Part shown: positions 17,559-24,075 of the stretch, piece by piece
How positions within the stretch are numbered: the first letter of the stretch is position 1
How the letters are laid out: each line of letters begins with the position of its first letter
Assembly (NCBI GenBank): GCA_963817525.1
Contig: CAWFOU010000002.1
Coordinates: 1 to 24,075, forward strand
Origin: an uncultured archaeon
GTDB taxonomy: Archaea; Thermoproteota; Nitrososphaeria; Nitrososphaerales; Gagatemarchaeaceae
Direction: 5' to 3'
Length of the DNA stretch: 24,075 nucleotides
Program-made: the position numbers and the translations under genes
The notes under the pieces: generated by a model
Told to the model about the DNA's origin: nothing
Databases searched by the model: none
The model's input: the letters and a program-made list of their open reading frames with translations, nothing else

Positions 17559-18220
17559 ATCAAAGGACTCTTCAAGCTGGAAAGATGTGTTGCTGAACAC
17601 CCTGGACATGGCCTCCTCCCGGTCATGCCCGATTATGACCGATTCGCCTTTGAAAGACTGATTTCAGGCCTTGCTAGCCGGCAAGGGCTTCCGGTATTGG
17701 AATCGTACGCGCTTGTCGCCGTCTTTTACCAAGACAGACTATTCCCCGTGTATCCTTCCTTAGCGCCTCATCTCCGCGAGGTACTCGTCAATCATCTTCG
17801 CGGCTCCGACGGCCACGCTTTCCGCAATTGCTAAGATCCCAGTGTTCGCCATGCGTCTTCCTCCACCCCTAATGACTGCCCCAGCACTTTAAGGCTTGCC
17901 TTGGCAATTCTCGAATCGGGGAAACGATAGCACACTTCCCTCGAGCGTTTCCTCCAGACGAGAGACAAGACGGTCTTCCCGTCCCCGTCGATTATGTCGA
18001 TTTCCATCAAAGGAGGTCACCGCTGGAAGTCCTCGACCTCGCGTCGCTGTTGCATGGCAACCGATGCTAATGAAGTATAAAGTCACACATGGGTCAGCCG
18101 CGCCCGGTTCGACTCGTACAAAAAATTTCAAACGGTAGTCTCAGTTACACCGTCGGAAAGTCCAGAAATCCAAAATCTGCGCTACGGCGGCCGATAGGTG
18201 GTTATCAATTCGGGTACGCT

Positions 18221-18403
18221 ATGTCGATCATGTCCCCAAGGAAGCTCCCTGTGGTCGACCTCGACGGCGAGTTATACTTCTTCGACCTTAGGCTGTCGCA
18301 ACTCCGCAAGGTCGGCGAACCGCACGATTTCCGGGACCTCTCGTCAGGCGAGAGGAAGGATCTCCTGGAAGCGCTCCTCTATCTTGAGGTTACCCAACGA
18401 TAA
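18221..18403 (+). CDS. Small hypothetical protein
   Basis: KLPVVDLDGELYFFDLRLSQLRKVGEPHDFRD looks globular. It sits directly upstream of the DUF2075 gene. Confidence 0.55.
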   Translation: MSIMSPRKLPVVDLDGELYFFDLRLSQLRKVGEPHDFRDLSSGERKDLLEALLYLEVTQR

Positions 18404-18428
18404 ATACAAAGGGCGTTACACTTCTGAC

Positions 18429-20302
18429 GTGAAGCTCTACACCGGCACTGTCGAGCAGTTCAACAAGGACGTGCTCACGAACCAGATGCCGGACAAGCTC
18501 CAGAAGGCCTACGAGACTTACTACTACAAGATGGCGAACCCCCGCGAGGTCCAGTCGTGGACCAACTCGCTCCAGTTCATGAAGAACGCCGTGGAGTACG
18601 CATCGCTCAAGGAAGACATGATAGTGGTAGAATACGAGCTCCCCTACTCCAACCAGAGGATAGACTGCATGCTCTTCGGCAGGGGCGCCGCGGGAGGGGA
18701 GAACGTCGTCTCTGATGGAGCTGAAGCAGTGGTCGAAGGCGGAGGAGTGCGACGTCGAGAACAACGTGGTCACCTTCGTGGGCGGGGCCAACCGGATGGA
18801 GGCGCACCCGTCCTACCAGGTGGGAGGATACCACATGTACCTGAAGGACTTTGTGGAGGCCTTCGAGGAGGCCCCGACGCTGAGCCTCTCCTCCGCCTGC
18901 TACTGCCACAACTACCCGCGGAGCGACGCCGTGCTCTTCGACGAGAGGTTCGCGAAGATACTCTCCGAGTATCCCGCTGTTCGCGAGGGAGGATTTCGGG
19001 AGCCTCGCTGACTATCTAAGAGCCCGGCTGGCGGGAGGAGGCGGGAAGCCCATATTCGACAGGTTCACCTCCAGCAGGGTCGCGCCGTCGAAGAAGCTGC
19101 TGGCAGCACGCGCGGAACATGATAGAGGGCCAGCACGTCTTCAACCTCCTCGAGGAGCAGATCGCCGCTTACAACACCATAGTGGATAGGGCGAAGAAGA
19201 GCGCGAAGCTGGGCAAAAAGTCGGTGATAATCGTCAGGGGCGGCCCGGGGACGGGCAAGTCTGCCATAGCCCTTAACGTGATAGCCGAACTGCTATCGAA
19301 GAGGATAGCGGTCTACCACGCCACCGGGTCGGCCTCGTTCACGACCACGCTGCGCAGGGTCGTCGGGCAGAGGGCCTCGCCCCTCTTCAAGTACTTCAAC
19401 AGCTTCTCGACCTACGAAGAGAACCAGATAGGCGTGCTCGTCTGCGACGAGGCCCACAGGATACGGAAGACCAGCAACAGCAGATACACGAGGAAAGAGG
19501 CGAGGTCCGACGTGCCCCAGGTGGATGAGCTCCTCCGCGCCGCGAAGGTGACGATATTCTTCATCGACGACCACCAAGTGGTCAGGCCCGGAGAGATCGG
19601 GAGCACGGAGCTAATCCGGGAGGCGGCGAGGAGGTTCACCGACGAGGTCTTCGAGTTCGAGCTGAAGGCGCAGTTCAGGTGCGGCGGCTCCGACGGCTAC
19701 CTCGACTGGGTCGACGATGTGCTGGGGATACGGGAGACCGCCAACCGCCTGCTCACGAAGGACGAGAAGATGGAGTTCAAGATTTTTGGCAGCCCGCAGG
19801 AACTCCACAGGGAGATAGAGAGGAAGAACTCGGAGAGCCCGAACTCTGCGAGGATGGTGGCCGGGTTCTGCTGGCCATGGTCAAAGCCAAAAGATGACGA
19901 TGGCACTCTAGTGGATGACGTCGTCATAGGGGACTACAGGCGGCCGTGGAACGCCAAGCCGGACGCAGCAAGGCTCGCGCCGGGAATCCCAACAAGCAAC
20001 CTGTGGGCCTATGACCCAAGAAGGAGTCGGGCAGATAGGCTGCATCTACACGATACAAGGATTCGAGTTCGACTATGTCGGTGTGATATTTGGGACAGAC
20101 TCTGGCGTGGGACGCCCGGAGCAAGAGCTGGGTGGGCGACCCCGGCCAGTCGCACGACGGCATCGTCAAGACGGACAGGGAACAGTTCCTCCGGAACGTG
20201 AAGAACACATACCGGGTCCTGCTGACGCGTGGGATGAAGGGCTGCTACGCGTGCTTCCTGGACAAGGGGACGCAGGACTACTTCCGATCTCGGCTGGCCT
20301 AG
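18429..20302 (+). CDS. DUF2075 / Schlafen group-3-like nuclease-helicase, split by five +1 frameshifts
   Basis: N-terminal EYELP...RIDC...ELKQW nuclease motif, GGPGTGKS, CDEAHR, QFRCGGS, GCIYTIQGFEFDY, NTYRVLLTRG. Shifts near 18711, 18975, 19101, 20019 and 20101. Confidence 0.88.
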
Positions 20303-20444
20303 TCCATCGATGCCCAGTCTTGCCACGCGTGAGGAGGGTCGCTGTAGTCCTTCTCTATCTTCTTCCAGGCCCCTTGGAGGTCCTCTGCCCTGATTTTGAT
20401 AATCTTGCCTGTATCGATGTTCCTGAACCGCCACTCGGACACAA

Positions 20445-20759
20445 TCAATCAACCCGGCTGACGTTCACCGTCGCCGAGAGCATCGATTGGTGTCCGTTCC
20501 TACACTTTCCGAAATAGACTTCTCCGCTTTCATCTTCGATAATCTCTAATCGCGTTAGGAGGGTGTCCCTTGGGCACGGCAAGTAGAACTCCGACGGCAT
20601 TTCCTTGGGGGTCTGCAGCTTGAGGAAACGAGTCTCCTTCACAGTGACAGGTAGATTCTTCCCCAGCTCGTCAGTCAGTGCCACCGCGTATTCCTCCTTC
20701 TTAGAGTCGACCACCGCAAAAAGAAGGAACCTCATAGATTTGAGACCTCTAACGGTCAT
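20445..20759 (-). CDS. Hypothetical protein with possible C-terminal metal-binding ribbon
   Basis: CPRD...CRNGH. Overlaps the upstream ORF 20749..21012. Confidence 0.55.
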   Translation of the reverse strand: MTVRGLKSMRFLLFAVVDSKKEEYAVALTDELGKNLPVTVKETRFLKLQTPKEMPSEFYLPCPRDTLLTRLEIIEDESGEVYFGKCRNGHQSMLSATVNVSRVD

Positions 20760-21012
20760 CCAACTCTTCCATCGTAGCGACCAATGCCGCGAGAGCGACG
20801 TCTGCCCCTCCTGCGGTCAGCCTATCAGAGCCTGCCACCCAAGGCGGACCCTTTGCTGCCGGCTCGAGGATGCGCTTCTTGACTAGGCCGTCCCGAGCAT
20901 CCTGCCTCCTGTGTTCTGGAAGGCCCCTAGGAGGGACGAAGCCCGGGACCGCCTCGACCACGAGGAAATTCGCAAGATAAATCACCTCGTCTTGCGTCAG
21001 TTTCGCTTTCAT
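20749..21012 (-). CDS. Hypothetical protein, possibly winged-helix-like
   Basis: ARDGLVKKRIL...RLTAGG pattern, with CTTAAATA about 30 bp upstream on the minus strand. Confidence 0.55.
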   Translation of the reverse strand: MKAKLTQDEVIYLANFLVVEAVPGFVPPRGLPEHRRQDARDGLVKKRILEPAAKGPPWVAGSDRLTAGGADVALAALVATMEELDDR

Positions 21013-21098
21013 CCGACTTCGGTAGGCAAACGCGCCCGTAGTATTTAAGGGTCTACGGTCTTAGCATAACGTAAACCAAAAACTTAGAACGAAACTTC

Positions 21099-21377
21099 GT
21101 GTTTTCCCGAGAGTTGCCGCTGACCGAGTCTGAATCGAGGGTCCTCATGGCGCTACTACGAGAGAAAGAGATTCCAATAATGTCGCTCCCGAAGGCCGCA
21201 GGTCTAGGGAACGGCGCCGTCTACAATTCAGTCCGCTCGCTCACCGAGAGGGGATTGGTATTAGACGAGCGAGAAGTCAATCTACCCCGGAGACGGTTCA
21301 TGAAGCTGACAGATGACGGGAGGAAAATCGCAGTCCTTCTGGAACGTGTCGAGCACGAATTGGGAGATGCGAAGTGA
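21099..21377 (+). CDS. Winged-helix transcriptional regulator (MarR/TrmB-like)
   Basis: LTESESRVLMAL...AVYNSVRSLTERGLV...RRRFMKLTDDGRKIA. Confidence 0.85.
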   Translation: MFSRELPLTESESRVLMALLREKEIPIMSLPKAAGLGNGAVYNSVRSLTERGLVLDEREVNLPRRRFMKLTDDGRKIAVLLERVEHELGDAK

Positions 21378-21430
21378 CCTTGTCGTCAAGCTGCAGAGCC
21401 GACGTCAGCGCGTCTGGAGCGAGCCAATAG

Positions 21431-22524
21431 ATGCCGAGACTTAAGGTAATAGATTCTTCTGCGGCGCGGGCGGATTCTCGGAAGGTTTCAGACAGATGGG
21501 GTTCGAGGTAACCCATGCGGTCGACAACTGGAACCCAGCTCTTATTGCTCATAAGGAGAACCAGCCCGAGGCAGAGGTAATCAAGGCAGACGTCGCTGCG
21601 CTAGACCCGCGCCAGTTCCCGAAGCCGGACGTCATCATAGGAGGGCCCCCCTGCACCGAGTTTTCAGGATCGAAGCGCGGTGGAGGTGGAGACTTCGCGA
21701 AAGGCATGAAGCTCGTCCTTGCCTACTTTAGGTTCGTCCACGTCCTCAAGCCCCATTGGTGGGTCATGGAGAACGTGCCCCGCCTGTTGCAGACACTCCC
21801 CCAGAGGGTGAGGCTCGCCGACATGGGCTTCGGAGAGGACGGGTTCTTCAACATCCCGAGGAGGGAAGTCTTCAACTCCGCAGACTTCGGAGCGCCGCAG
21901 AAGCGCCTCAGGCTCATCTCGGGAAGGTACCCGACCCCTGTCCAGACGCACTTCGAGCGCACCACGCTCACGCTGGACAACTTGCTCTACGAGCCTTGGG
22001 TCACGATGAGGACGGTCATCAAGGCGTTCCCCGACCCCATCAAGAGAATCCCCAAGGGGAGAGTCGTCCAGGACCCGAACTTCCCTGTGGTATTGCTACC
22101 GGCCGAGAGGCTCGAGGACCATTTCATGAAGCCTGAGGGGGCACTCATGACGAAGGCGGAGGCCGAGAGGAACAGGCGGCAGAAGACGGCCCACGCCTAC
22201 TATGGGAAGATGAAGTTCCCCGACGATCTGGACCGTCCTTCGCGCACGGTGATGGCCACTCAGTTCAACGCCTCCAGGGAGACGATGGCTATAGAGACCA
22301 GATACAAGGGCGAAACTCGGTACAGGAAGCCCACGGTGAGGGAAGCGGCCTCTCTCCAAAGCTACCCGATAACCTACAGGTTCCCAGGGAAAACGCTGAC
22401 GACGAAGTACAAGCTTGTGGGGAACTCTGTCCCCGTGAAACTATCAGTAGCCATCGCGAAAGCCATCCTGAAAGAGGAAGGCGCGGAAGTCCCAGAAGAA
22501 CCCCTACTCACGCCACTGGCGTGA
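21431..22524 (+). CDS. dcm: DNA (cytosine-5) methyltransferase. True start is 21431, with a 1-bp deletion near 21454
   Basis: Restored motif I IDFFCGAGG, motif IV GGPPCTEFS, VI MENV, VIII PQKRLR, IX REAASLQSYP, X VGNSV. Confidence 0.93.
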
Positions 22525-22534
22525 GTTGCGTCAT

Positions 22535-23480
22535 TTAACGCTCATACGGGCCGTGCCCGTCGTTCGCGCCAGTGTATCTGCGAAGGTAATAGTAAGCTGA
22601 GGGCATGTAAGCGCTAGCATAGCCAGACCTCTCCGGCTGTGCCAGCACGCCGTCGCAAAACCAAAGATCGCCTCGGTTCGCCTCTTCGGCCACAAAGCCC
22701 AGTGCTAGTATCCCTGCTACTGTTCTAACAGGCACATTCTTGAAGGTGGTCTTCCCGCGGTTCCAAATCCAATCGACTTTATCAGTAACGTCTGCCAGAG
22801 ATCCACTGTCTAATGCTTTGACTATATTCAGGACCTCCCCCGGTGTATTTTCGTCGTTTTCGTATTCCAGCTGCATGGTCGTGGAGTCAGGCACTTTGCC
22901 CACGATTGAAAGCAAAGTGTTCGCCATGAACATGTCGAGCTTGTTGGACCTAGTCCTTCTTTCGGACGGAGTCGCGGCGCCTCGGACCCAGGAATCTAAG
23001 AGCAAGGCCGTGGCGTTTTGATCAATCGGGCGCAGTATAGACCTGTTTAGTCCTCATATTGACAAGACTTCCAATCCAGTCAGCGAAGTGGTGAAGAGTG
23101 TCCATCGGTCCGGTGACCATCTTTCCATTCCTCTCGAATTGGTGAGTGTGCTTTCCGCATGTCCCCCACATGTTCTCAACTTCTCTAGGGCATCCTACGA
23201 TGAAACATCTTGTTTCAGGCGCCCGGGGAATCGGGACAAGATTAACGGGATTAGGATTGAATTTCGTCTTTACGCCTGCGTTCGAGAACTCAAGACAGTA
23301 ATCTTCTATCTCTAAGAATCTCGCCGGAGGGAACGGTTTCGGTTCCCTCTTGAGTCTTGCAAATTGCCCATCTTCTGTATAGAATAATCCTGGAATCTTC
23401 AGCCAAATCTTCTCCCATCGATGCCAGTGAATGCCTCTTCCAGGGGATGAACCATCAATAGTAGACTGTGGCAGATGAGA
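22535..23480 (-). CDS. Hypothetical ~315-aa protein, candidate restriction endonuclease (frameshift near 23040, start uncertain)
   Basis: The frame after the vsr stop is open from 23510 to ~23022 (KIWLKIPGLF...CFIVGC...CGKH...) and joins ORF 22535..23005 (ILRPIDQNATALLLDSW) by a one-base shift. Confidence 0.5.
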
Positions 23481-23510
23481 TTCCCGGCGATGTGAGGCTT
23501 CAGCCTTGTT

Positions 23511-24065
23511 TTAAGCGGGTCGCTCCTTCCTTTGCCCAGAGCCTCTCTCGCGAGAGAGGATTTTCGTTATTTTCGCAACTGCCAGTCGAGGGTCAGTCTT
23601 GAGCTCGTGTTCCCATACAACGAGGACACGCCAACCCATTTCTTCGAGTTCCTTTTTGTTAAAGATGTCACGTTCAACGTTTCTCTTGAACTTACGCGTC
23701 CAAAATTCGGGGTTGGTCTTGGGAGGAGGCAATGCGCATACAGGACACCTGTGCCAGAAGCATCCGTTTACGAAGATTACAACTTTCAAGCGCGGATAGA
23801 CGATGTCAGGCCTGCCAGGTAGATGGTTTGACACGAGTCTCTTGCGAAGCAACTGCGCAAGAATCAATTCGGGCATGGTTCCCGAAGCACGGTTAGACTT
23901 CATTGACCTCGAGACCGACACAGAAGAGGCGACCGGGGACTTCCCTACCGGCGTAGTCGAGTATACTCTTCTCTGAACTCTCTGGTTAGAGCCCGACGAA
24001 TCCATCAACTCCGTCATCGGCTGTTCAGACAAGAACCTATCGGCGAACCTGCGCTTCCATGGCAA
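23511..24065 (-). CDS. vsr: Very short patch repair endonuclease (true start probably downstream of 24065)
   Basis: SRSMKSNRASGTMPE, LPGRPDIV, FVNGCFWH, NPEFW..K...NVERD, GWRVLVVWE. Confidence 0.93.
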   Translation of the reverse strand: MPWKRRFADRFLSEQPMTELMDSSGSNQRVQRRVYSTTPVGKSPVASSVSVSRSMKSNRASGTMPELILAQLLRKRLVSNHLPGRPDIVYPRLKVVIFVNGCFWHRCPVCALPPPKTNPEFWTRKFKRNVERDIFNKKELEEMGWRVLVVWEHELKTDPRLAVAKITKILSRERGSGQRKERPA

Positions 24066-24075
24066 AGAGTGCCGC

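Noticed and set aside
18095-18118. GGTTCGACTC T-loop-like motif
   Set aside because: No cloverleaf can be built around it.
17560-18200. Short ORFs in the gap (17625..17834, 17889..18131, 17896..18138) and a stop-interrupted minus-strand frame near 17660-17853
   Set aside because: No recognisable motif or convincing start signals. Possibly decayed sequence, but I cannot assign it.

Overview
Archaeal DNA: short TATA-like boxes lie about 24-33 bp upstream of many starts, and the gene content suggests Nitrososphaerota (an inference). The left end carries an 849-aa protein whose C-terminal ~355 aa is a Cas1 with its catalytic E/H/D residues intact. It is fused to winged-helix and Cys-rich domains, and the window shows no CRISPR array, cas2 or PolB. 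A PD-(D/E)xK-like nuclease and a 4xHTH-LAGLIDADG protein are transcribed divergently from it, followed by a decayed integrase-like tail. The middle has PfpI, NUDIX, coiled-coil and tandem-AsnC genes and a complete 2370-bp IS6-family element (11656-14025; 18-bp TIRs, 8-bp target duplication). That element carries a proteasome-beta-like Ntn hydrolase, an AbrB regulator, four palindromic operator-like boxes and a SWIM-finger transposase. The right part has a DEAD-box helicase, a beta-CASP nuclease and a defence-type cluster (DUF2075 nuclease-helicase, wHTH regulator, C5 methyltransferase, an unannotated candidate endonuclease, Vsr). About 11 single-base frameshifts split otherwise intact genes, most likely long-read consensus errors. 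All family calls come from motif recognition by eye, not from database searches.
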